Shown in pieces: positions 19,078 to 27,906 of a stretch of 64,000 bases of DNA (positions within the stretch are counted from its first letter, which is position 1; each line of letters starts with the position of its first letter). A program made the position numbers and the translations under genes. Under the pieces are notes generated by a model. That model had not been told where the DNA came from and made no database searches. It was given only the letters and a program-made list of their open reading frames with translations. Location: IMG/VR virus record IMGVR_UViG_3300010158_000027, positions 1 to 64,000 of that record, one strand, 5' to 3'.

Positions 19078-20658
19078 ATGAAATTAATTAATGAAATAAA
19101 AGAGATTAGAAGATTAATTAACTTAATTGAGAATGTTGACGATAATAATAGTAATGTTATAGTCATTGGTGATAGAATTGCCATGATGTTACAGGACGAA
19201 TATTTATATGTAAACGAAAATTTGTTGAACCCATCATTTACGGTGGATACCTTAATTAATAGGGTTTCCAAACAGGAGATAAATGACGATATAGATGAGG
19301 TATTTATTTCAGTCGGGTCAAACGAAATGTTCGACACCAATCAAAATATCTCAGCTTTGGTTGACTCTTTAAATGACATATACCCTAACGCTAGACTACA
19401 CCTTATTAAAGGTTATGTGAATGCCAATAAATTTGGTCTTGAACCTGAAGAGGTTGACGAAATAAAAAATGAATCAATAACGTTCTTTGATTTATTTAGA
19501 AAGGATAACGTAAAAATTGTTGGTGAGGAAATCACCGGTAAGTTTGAAGTTGTTGGTTACGACATTGTAAAACCGACATCAAACTTTGTTGAAAAAATAA
19601 GAAACTATATTAAACGATTCGTAATTAAATCTCCATTCGATATGGAGGATGTGGAGGATGACCAAAATATTGACTTTACCGATATGGATATTGATGATAA
19701 AACTGATTTCGATACCATATATGAATTTTTAGATGTTTTTGAAAAAATATCAAAATCAACTAACGTTTATGATATATCATTAAGTAATCATTATTTAGGT
19801 GAAGTAGAAATTATACAAATAGCGTTAATGTTTTTGGGTCATTCTGAAGTTTTAAATAACGGACACTACGATAAAAAAACCGAAGACGCGATAAAATCAT
19901 TCCAATCGCAAAACCAATTAACTGTTAATGGTAAATCCGATAAAGTTACATTGACTGAACTTTTATGGGAATTAAAAGGTAAGGGTTTTGAGGATGACGA
20001 TTTGGCTAAGTTTATTGGTGGATTAGAAGAAACCAAAAAACAATACGAGGTGGACACTTACAATCTTGAGGATTTATGTGATAAAGTTATTGATAATTTT
20101 GAGGGTGGTTATGCGAATGAGGTACACTTTGCGGCAGCGGCTAAAAATGCTACCAATCCCGATATGAAGGCGGCACTTAAAAACTCATCGGAAACCATGT
20201 TCGGTATAGATAGAATGGCGGGTAATTGGGATAGTGATCCCGTTGGTTCTGAATTTTGGGATCTGATAGATAAAAATAGTGGTTGGTCGGTTGAGTCCAC
20301 AGGTAAACCGAAATGGAGTCACGGATACATGGGTGGATCGATAGAGGGTCAGTTAAGGGATTACATCTATGAAATGATGATACCGAGATATGAAACATTG
20401 AAAAGTCAAAACCTATCTCCAGAAGCTAAAAAACTGGTGGAGGAAGATAAAAGACTAACATTACATTTATTATATGGTGTTTGGAATGGTCCTGGATTCT
20501 TTCAAAAATTTGCTGACGTTATCAACTCTGAAGTCGCTAGTGGTAACATTGATAGAGATTCTTTATATGAGGTATCGATAGACTCTAGAATACATAACGG
20601 TAATGGGGCGATTGCTAGTACGGGAGGTAAAGTAAAAAATGTGATAGAAAGTCTTTAA
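19078..20658 (+). CDS. Putative virion-associated peptidoglycan hydrolase (degenerate SGNH-like, PG-binding and lysozyme/GH108-like domains)
   Basis: IQIALMFLG...YDKKTEDAIKSFQSQNQL (PG_binding_1); IDNFEGGY...ETMFGID. Confidence 0.6.
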   Translation: MKLINEIKEIRRLINLIENVDDNNSNVIVIGDRIAMMLQDEYLYVNENLLNPSFTVDTLINRVSKQEINDDIDEVFISVGSNEMFDTNQNISALVDSLNDIYPNARLHLIKGYVNANKFGLEPEEVDEIKNESITFFDLFRKDNVKIVGEEITGKFEVVGYDIVKPTSNFVEKIRNYIKRFVIKSPFDMEDVEDDQNIDFTDMDIDDKTDFDTIYEFLDVFEKISKSTNVYDISLSNHYLGEVEIIQIALMFLGHSEVLNNGHYDKKTEDAIKSFQSQNQLTVNGKSDKVTLTELLWELKGKGFEDDDLAKFIGGLEETKKQYEVDTYNLEDLCDKVIDNFEGGYANEVHFAAAAKNATNPDMKAALKNSSETMFGIDRMAGNWDSDPVGSEFWDLIDKNSGWSVESTGKPKWSHGYMGGSIEGQLRDYIYEMMIPRYETLKSQNLSPEAKKLVEEDKRLTLHLLYGVWNGPGFFQKFADVINSEVASGNIDRDSLYEVSIDSRIHNGNGAIASTGGKVKNVIESL

Positions 20659-20685
20659 ATAAAAATAAGTTTAATACTTATTTTT

Positions 20686-20961
20686 ATGGTGAACAACATA
20701 ACATTTGATCATATCACAGCTAAGATAACTTTAAAAAAAGTTTATTTTTTTGGTATTTTTAAACGTTACGCCATTATCATTATTGTACCATCATTAAAAA
20801 TCGCAAAAATCAAAACAAATATTTCAAATTTTAATTTTAAAGAGTCGCACCCTTTAAATATTAATGAGTTATTGTTATACGTTAAAAAAGAAAAATATAA
20901 AATTTCTTACACAACTAAAAACTCAAAATTAAAAATAATTTTAGATTATTATATTAATTAA
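20686..20961 (+). CDS. Small basic hypothetical protein
   Basis: ORF only. Confidence 0.55.
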   Translation: MVNNITFDHITAKITLKKVYFFGIFKRYAIIIIVPSLKIAKIKTNISNFNFKESHPLNINELLLYVKKEKYKISYTTKNSKLKIILDYYIN

Positions 20962-20993
20962 CGTTTTATATTTTTTAAAGTATTTATATTATT

Positions 20994-21260
20994 ATGAATA
21001 AGCTCAGAAACGATATTAAAAAAATACTTAAACTAATGGAGGTTGAAAAAACCGATGAGGAATTGGATGAAGAATCTGAGGTTAATGAAGAGGGTGAAGA
21101 AACAAGTACCGAAACGGAAACAACTACTCCTGACTCTGGAGCTCCAGGTATTTGGACAGCGGGACTGACAAGGGGACCAGCTAACCAATTAGGAAATACT
21201 AAATGGGCGGACACTGTCGGGGCACAATTAAAAAGAGGAAAGGGTAACATGTTAAAATGA
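20994..21260 (+). CDS. Small leader-bearing protein
   Basis: TATTTAT at 20981-20987. Confidence 0.75.
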   Translation: MNKLRNDIKKILKLMEVEKTDEELDEESEVNEEGEETSTETETTTPDSGAPGIWTAGLTRGPANQLGNTKWADTVGAQLKRGKGNMLK

Positions 21261-23299
21261 AAAAACTAAATGAAGAGTTAATAAGACAACTACTATTAAT
21301 GAATTTTGATAGTAGTAAAGTATTATCAGAACAATACGAAGTACCGAGCGATAGGTTAGGGACTAAAGGGGATTTCCAACCATCGAGAACGGCACCTAAA
21401 TTTAACCCCAATAAAACGGAGGATGAAATCTATGAGGATGATAAACAATCTGCTATTCGTTCATATAACAAAATCGTAAATGAAATTGATGGTGGGTGGG
21501 CACCATGGAAGTGGGGTACTGATGAGCAAGGTATGTCAGACGCAATACTTTCAATAAAAAACAAACAACAATATCAAATACTAAGAAACTTATTATCAAA
21601 AAAATATAAAGATTCGGCATACCCTAACACTCTTTTAGGGTTCATACAAGAACAAGAATTTTCTCTTGGTGAGGACCCGTGGTTAAATGATACGATTAGA
21701 AAAAGTCCCTCGGGACTTGGTCAAGAGTACCAATACCAAACTAATGATAAATTTTTAAGACAGATAGAGTCACATTTAGAAAAGTTTAATACAGAAGAAA
21801 AATTTTCAAGAGCGGGGCTCATGAATAGGAGTCTAACATCGTTAATAATTCCATCAACTGCGAGTCAAGTATTACACACCATAATACCCGTTCTTTCAAT
21901 AGTAACTATGATGATACCACCAGCGTCGATAGCCTTTGAGTTGTTGGATGCAGGTCTTTATTTAGCCGAAGGAGATAAATACTCCGCAGGTTTAGGGTTT
22001 TGTTTTGCGTTTATACCAGCAGGGCAATTTGCGATGTTAAGTAGAACCCTCAGTAAGGGTGAGAAGTTAATATTAATGAAAAAGGTTCAAAAAGAAGCTG
22101 CGGGTGAGGTGTTTGAAAAATACACAGAAAAGGAAGTAAAGATTTTAGCTTCGTTAGGCGATGAAGGCACTAAAAAAATGTTAAAAAAAGAAGTCGCAAA
22201 AAGGGCAATCACCGAAACAATAGATGAAATGACATCGATTAATGTGTTATATAAGAGTATTTGGTGGATGGTTAAAAAAGGGTATTTACCTGCGAAATTT
22301 TTAACACAAATGGGGGTAACCATTGGTGGTGTATTCCGTTCGTGGGACTATATCGCGTCGGTACTTAAGGTTTGTAACCCTATGGGTTTAACCAAGTTAA
22401 GTGATACCGAAAAAGGGTATTTACAAATGATAGGTGGAGTTGCGAAATTCCTACAAAAATATTCAACTGATTGCGAAGATCAAAGGGCGTTGAAAAATTT
22501 TCAAGATCAAGTTAGGGGGTTAGAAAAAGACGTTAAATCTTTGGTATTGAAACGTTTGCAAAATATTATTGACTCGAACATAAACTTGACTATGTCTAAA
22601 TATCAATCAACATATACATTAGAAACATTATCGATACAGTTAGCGTTAAGAAATTTAGGGTACACTAAATTTACAGAAATTAAGACCACCTTCGGGACTT
22701 TTAATGAACCATTGCCTGCCAAATCACCAACAAACGTTCCACCACTACCACAACAACAGACATACGACCCAACGGGAGGTATCGGTGCGTCAAGAAAGGT
22801 ATCGGGACTTCCATCAACAGGAACCCCCACATTAGATACAAAATTATCACTGAAATCGTCACCAATAACAGAAAAAAAAGTGGTTGACGTCGTTTTTAAG
22901 TGGGGTTATTATGATTATAATACTTCGATGGTAGTGAAAGATTTTCAAAAAAAGAATAATTTAAAAATAGATGGCGAGACTGGGGCTAACACAACTAAAA
23001 AAATTATGGAGAAGATTAAAGTCATGTCGGGTGTAAATCCTTACGATTCTAAAATTGATAAATTAACGAAAGATGAAATATTAAAAATAGAGGAGAGTAT
23101 AGTAAAAAAAATACAGTCAGAAAATCAAAACCCATTAAAGGAGTCCGATTTAGAGAAAAAATTAGACCCATCACAAATGGTTAAAATAAAAAAAGATGTT
23201 GGGGAAAATATGACTGACAAAATTCAGGATATGGACCCAAACAGTTGGAACATAAATTTTATATCGGATGAGTATGACTCTGAATACCCAAAAGATTAA
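21257..23299 (+). CDS. Leader-bearing protein with hydrophobic hairpin and PG-binding-like domain (ejection protein candidate)
   Basis: VLSEQ leader; LDAGLYLAEGDKYSAGLG segment; VKDFQKKNNLKIDGETGANT. Confidence 0.65.
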   Translation: MKKLNEELIRQLLLMNFDSSKVLSEQYEVPSDRLGTKGDFQPSRTAPKFNPNKTEDEIYEDDKQSAIRSYNKIVNEIDGGWAPWKWGTDEQGMSDAILSIKNKQQYQILRNLLSKKYKDSAYPNTLLGFIQEQEFSLGEDPWLNDTIRKSPSGLGQEYQYQTNDKFLRQIESHLEKFNTEEKFSRAGLMNRSLTSLIIPSTASQVLHTIIPVLSIVTMMIPPASIAFELLDAGLYLAEGDKYSAGLGFCFAFIPAGQFAMLSRTLSKGEKLILMKKVQKEAAGEVFEKYTEKEVKILASLGDEGTKKMLKKEVAKRAITETIDEMTSINVLYKSIWWMVKKGYLPAKFLTQMGVTIGGVFRSWDYIASVLKVCNPMGLTKLSDTEKGYLQMIGGVAKFLQKYSTDCEDQRALKNFQDQVRGLEKDVKSLVLKRLQNIIDSNINLTMSKYQSTYTLETLSIQLALRNLGYTKFTEIKTTFGTFNEPLPAKSPTNVPPLPQQQTYDPTGGIGASRKVSGLPSTGTPTLDTKLSLKSSPITEKKVVDVVFKWGYYDYNTSMVVKDFQKKNNLKIDGETGANTTKKIMEKIKVMSGVNPYDSKIDKLTKDEILKIEESIVKKIQSENQNPLKESDLEKKLDPSQMVKIKKDVGENMTDKIQDMDPNSWNINFISDEYDSEYPKD

Positions 23300-23337
23300 T
23301 TATTTTGAATAAAATTATATTTATATATTAAAAGACT

Positions 23338-26052
23338 ATGGAAGATAAACTATTAAATGAAATTAATAGATTTCGAGAAATTACTAAATTACCTTTATTG
23401 ACTGAACAAATGGGTTGGTTAGATGATTTAATACGTGCAGGTACAAAAAGATTTACTAGTTTAGATGATGTCATTAAAAGATTAGGATACCAAAATGAAA
23501 AATTAACCGATAATGAGATTGATGATTTAGTGGACGAATTAAAGGCGTCAGGATTAGAACCTATTAGGGCAGAAAACGTCAGAAATGTTTTAAAAAATGA
23601 CGCAAACGTTAGAAAGGCATTAACCACACCTAGTGATGATTTTGTAACTGCGTTAAAAAATGCATCTAAGACAAAAAACGTAAAGGGATTTGGAGTTGTG
23701 GAAAGTCTTACCTCAGCCCAAACACAACTGATAGCAAAAAATTTAGTCACTAAATTTTTAAATGATCCAACAAGTGTTCTTTCTAAATCACTTGGTAATT
23801 TAGACTACAGTATCAGTGGGGCTTTACAAAAGATTTACGATAAAGGAGAAGTCCTTAATAATGTTGATGAGATGTATGACGTTTTTGATGGGTTTATAAA
23901 TAAGATATTATCTGAAAATAAAGTAGATGATGAATTGGCTGAACAGATACTACAATCGTTTAAAACCAAATATAGATCAAATTCAAAAACTAAAGATTTA
24001 TTAGAAAAATTTAAATCTGAAGGTAGGGTTTTAAATAAACCAAAAACCACAAAAACCATAAGTAAATTTAATAAGTCAGACATATTACCTAATGAATGGT
24101 TAAATCCAAAAAAATGGAAAGGTATCGATGATGCTGGAATACCGATTAAACATGTACCACCAGTTGTGGATGATGTTGTGGATAATGTTGCAGATGAGGT
24201 AAGAATACAGGATGAGTTATTTCCACCATCAAACGGGGGTAATGGTGACGAACTCATTGAGGAAACCGCAACTGAAATTATTTCACCTAGAAATAACCCC
24301 TTCAATTTAGAAAGTAAAGGTGGATTTGCAACTGTGGAGTTGAATTTTAAATTTTTTGATGCGTTTAATCAATTAAAATATATATCCACAAAGGCGAGTC
24401 CTGAAATTCGAAAAACATTAGAAAAAATAACTAAATCCATTCGTGAGGGTCAAAAACTAACTTGGACGGTTGACGAGATGGCTACTCTACGCACATCCGG
24501 ATTGGGTCCAGACGATGTGGATTTAATTATTGAACGATTAAAATACCCTGTAAAAACTAAAATGGGGATATTGGGTGAAATCTTTTGGAAGTGGATAGAA
24601 CCGTTTGTTAGAAAGTATAGAGAATCCATGTTAAATTTTGATTACTTTAGAAATTTAGCAAATAAATATGGTGCTAAATTACCGGATAAAACCGCATCTG
24701 GATATTTTGATAATTTTTTAAAAACTTTAGAATTAAGGTTAACAAAAATGAATGTAACGACAGGGATTTCAGGAGGTGAAATTAAACAGTTAAAAGATAA
24801 ATTTTTAAGATTACGTTCAGAACTTGGAGAATCCGATCAGTATTATTCCCAACTTTGGGAAGATCTAAATACCTATATGGTAAAGAATTTAGACACTAAA
24901 AGTTTAAAATCGTGGGGAGATATTACTAAAAAATTAATGTCTGAAAATCCGAGTGGTTGGAGATTTTCTAGTTGGAAGGAGATTATTAATGATAGTACTT
25001 TCACAAAAATGGCGGATGATGCTGTTATAAAAAAAGCACCCAAAGAAAGTCAAGATATATTCCAAGATATTATGGAAACATCACTTTTAAAAAGTTCTGA
25101 AGATTTAACAAAAGGTATTTTTAATTGGATTAAAAGAAATGGGGCAAAGATTTGGACGTTTTTTATGACGGGTACTTTTAAAACACCAAAAGAGATGATG
25201 GAATACATGGTATCGAAGGGTTACGCAACAAAATCTAAGGGATTTTTAGGTATAACTATGACGGCTGGAGGGGCAAATTATATCCAAACTCAACTATATA
25301 AGTACATATATATGCCGTTGGTGTACGCTGCAGGAACAACTTTGGTGGAATCTATAGGTGAGGCCTTTTCGGGATTAGATTTGGACGGAAAACCTTTTTT
25401 TGATGGTTTATTTAGTAATTTATATAAATCACTTATCTCTAAAGATATTATCGGTTATTTTATGAATAGCGATTCTTTTAAGTCCCAATACCCTGATTGG
25501 TATAAATTTATAGAACCCTTATATGACGTTGCTTTTAGTTCCATGAGTAACAAAATCGTAAAAAGAGTTGTTGAGTCTCAATTTATTGTTGATCAGTTAA
25601 CACCACAAGAGGTGGCTCATAGGGATTTGGACGAACTAGTTACCACAACTAACACAAAATTAGCAGCCAATCAAACAATTAAAGATGAGTTTGAATCTTG
25701 GAAGCAATTCATTAATGGATACATGGTGGAACGTGGTTTAATACAATACGAAACCGCAACAAATGTGACAAAAAATATGTATATAAAATTGGGTGTGGAT
25801 CCAGAAATAACTAAAAGAGGACATGAGGCGATTGACAACGTTTATAAACAAGTCGGAATACTTGATAAGTTAAAATCAACTAAGGATAGTGCGATTGAAA
25901 TTAAATCCGAATTGGAGAAAGCTCCGATTGTAAGTTACATGGTTAAATCAAATGGTGGTGATTTTAAAGTGGTAAATAGTGGAGGTGAAGGTGGATTTGT
26001 ATATGAGGATAAGGATGGTAACCAACACCCATTAAATGAATTAAAATTTTAA
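23338..26052 (+). CDS. Large helical leader-bearing protein (ejection protein candidate)
   Basis: MEDKLLNEINRFREITKLPLLTEQ; 904 aa. Confidence 0.65.
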   Translation: MEDKLLNEINRFREITKLPLLTEQMGWLDDLIRAGTKRFTSLDDVIKRLGYQNEKLTDNEIDDLVDELKASGLEPIRAENVRNVLKNDANVRKALTTPSDDFVTALKNASKTKNVKGFGVVESLTSAQTQLIAKNLVTKFLNDPTSVLSKSLGNLDYSISGALQKIYDKGEVLNNVDEMYDVFDGFINKILSENKVDDELAEQILQSFKTKYRSNSKTKDLLEKFKSEGRVLNKPKTTKTISKFNKSDILPNEWLNPKKWKGIDDAGIPIKHVPPVVDDVVDNVADEVRIQDELFPPSNGGNGDELIEETATEIISPRNNPFNLESKGGFATVELNFKFFDAFNQLKYISTKASPEIRKTLEKITKSIREGQKLTWTVDEMATLRTSGLGPDDVDLIIERLKYPVKTKMGILGEIFWKWIEPFVRKYRESMLNFDYFRNLANKYGAKLPDKTASGYFDNFLKTLELRLTKMNVTTGISGGEIKQLKDKFLRLRSELGESDQYYSQLWEDLNTYMVKNLDTKSLKSWGDITKKLMSENPSGWRFSSWKEIINDSTFTKMADDAVIKKAPKESQDIFQDIMETSLLKSSEDLTKGIFNWIKRNGAKIWTFFMTGTFKTPKEMMEYMVSKGYATKSKGFLGITMTAGGANYIQTQLYKYIYMPLVYAAGTTLVESIGEAFSGLDLDGKPFFDGLFSNLYKSLISKDIIGYFMNSDSFKSQYPDWYKFIEPLYDVAFSSMSNKIVKRVVESQFIVDQLTPQEVAHRDLDELVTTTNTKLAANQTIKDEFESWKQFINGYMVERGLIQYETATNVTKNMYIKLGVDPEITKRGHEAIDNVYKQVGILDKLKSTKDSAIEIKSELEKAPIVSYMVKSNGGDFKVVNSGGEGGFVYEDKDGNQHPLNELKF

Positions 26053-26063
26053 TATAATAAATT

Positions 26064-26924
26064 ATGAGTAAAAGATTTGACGAAGATAACTTTAAACATT
26101 GGAAAGACACGTTTAAGTTCCAATCTTACAATGAAGAAACTGGGGAATACAAAGACGTTAAAATAAAAATGGAAGACATTATGGATCGTATTGATCATTA
26201 CAGAAAAAAATACGATGAGGATGACTCCTTTGTTCGTGCGGTTGTGGATACTCATGATGATGTTGTTAAAATTATGTTCACCAAAGATTTGGCACACTTA
26301 ACTGAGTCAACTAAATTGGTTGGTTTAGTGAATGTATTGAAAATGGTTAGAGAGTCTCGTGGTGAAATGGAAATATGGTCTGTTGCTCGACCGGCTGACG
26401 GTAACTGGTTTTTAGTAAAGGGTTCTTTTAATAAAGGAGAAATGTCTAATCTGGATCTTCACAAAAAAGAAAGAAAAGGTAAAGAAGTAGAAAGAAACGA
26501 AAAACCTGAAGAGGGATTAAAAAAAAAAGAGGAAACAGCAATACAAAGACTAAAAACTGATGAGGTTTCAGGGTTAGAATACTTACCCGTTAGAATTAAA
26601 CAAAAGATTAGAGAAAAGATGTCACAAGGATGGACAACGGAACTTCCCTTTTCCTTTTTTAATGAATTCTACACTGAAAGTGATATTAATTCCGTATTTA
26701 ATGATAAAATTAAAATATATAAACTTAAATCAACACAGGAGTTTTTTGAATCTTTAAAAGAAAATTCACCAAAGGTTAATTTAAAAAGAGGGTTTTGCCG
26801 ATCAATATATTTGGCAAAATCAGATTCGGATATTGATGAGGATTCAAGAAAAGTTGTCGATCATATTTTAGATAAATGTGATAATAGGTATAACGGTAAA
26901 CTAGGAATTTACTCAAAATTCTAA
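26064..26924 (+). CDS. Hypothetical protein
   Basis: ORF only. Confidence 0.75.
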   Translation: MSKRFDEDNFKHWKDTFKFQSYNEETGEYKDVKIKMEDIMDRIDHYRKKYDEDDSFVRAVVDTHDDVVKIMFTKDLAHLTESTKLVGLVNVLKMVRESRGEMEIWSVARPADGNWFLVKGSFNKGEMSNLDLHKKERKGKEVERNEKPEEGLKKKEETAIQRLKTDEVSGLEYLPVRIKQKIREKMSQGWTTELPFSFFNEFYTESDINSVFNDKIKIYKLKSTQEFFESLKENSPKVNLKRGFCRSIYLAKSDSDIDEDSRKVVDHILDKCDNRYNGKLGIYSKF

Positions 26925-27116
26925 TTTAATAAAACAACGAGATATTTATAATAAAAATAACATGAGACTGAATGATAGAATTTATAATAGACTTATAAAA
27001 AATAAATTCTAAAGAGTTTGCATAGTCGTTGGCAAATTAAATAATAACGGCAGAAACATAGTGTAGTAACTTAGTTTCATAAACCTTTAAAGAAAGGGGG
27101 GTGTTCTAAAATCTAA

Positions 27117-27148
27117 GAAAGGTGTCCCATTAGGGATACCTTTTCTTT
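27117..27148 (+). terminator. Intrinsic terminator
   Basis: AGGTGTCCC-ATTA-GGGATACCT followed by TTTCTTTT. Confidence 0.75.
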
Positions 27149-27167
27149 TATACAAGTATTTATTAAT

Positions 27168-27893
27168 ATGGAATTTTTCATTAGAAAAAAAAGTACTTTA
27201 CCAATTTTAGAAGTTGATTTAGTTAAAGACGGAGGATTGGATTTTAATTACGTTAATACTAACCTAAACGGGTATACAATATATTTTTCAATGAAAAATA
27301 TTGATACTCAGGTTTATAAGGTTTTAAATGGTGTTTGTGTATTAGATCAAGCAACTAATTCAATATACTATCAGTTCACAAAAAAAAACACAGTCAACGA
27401 TGGTAGATTTATTTGTGAGTTTAGTTTCAGTGGTGATCAAGGATTAGTGAAACTACCTTTAAGGGATAATTTATATGTTAATGTTTTGGAATCCTTTAGT
27501 AATAGTGATTTTTGTTGTGTGGGTGGACAAACGCCAGCACCAACACCAATACCGCAACCTGAAAACCCAAAATTGTATTTTGGTAAATATGCTTCACCAA
27601 CTATTACGTTATCAGGAATTACCTCATTAAGTAGTATTTATAGAAATGTTGCGGTTAATAGTTATGTGGATATAGTTGTGGGTAATGGATACTCATATAT
27701 TCTAATTCCTGTTGGGTTTGCACAGCCTACTGAATTTAGAGAAAGTACCAACGGTTGTTATGGGTCGATAATTCCTATGAATAACATTGGTCAAATAGTA
27801 ATAAACGACATAAACGGATATCCAACAACCTATAATATTTATAGATCATTTTTTAGTTTCTATGGTCATATAAATTCTTGGATGTGTGTTTAA
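27168..27893 (+). CDS. Putative baseplate/fibre-attachment protein (BppU-N-like N-terminus)
   Basis: First gene of the fibre cluster; Ig-like beta-rich N-terminus followed by a Pro-rich linker. Confidence 0.45.
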   Translation: MEFFIRKKSTLPILEVDLVKDGGLDFNYVNTNLNGYTIYFSMKNIDTQVYKVLNGVCVLDQATNSIYYQFTKKNTVNDGRFICEFSFSGDQGLVKLPLRDNLYVNVLESFSNSDFCCVGGQTPAPTPIPQPENPKLYFGKYASPTITLSGITSLSSIYRNVAVNSYVDIVVGNGYSYILIPVGFAQPTEFRESTNGCYGSIIPMNNIGQIVINDINGYPTTYNIYRSFFSFYGHINSWMCV

Positions 27894-27906
27894 TAATAAA
27901 TAAAGT

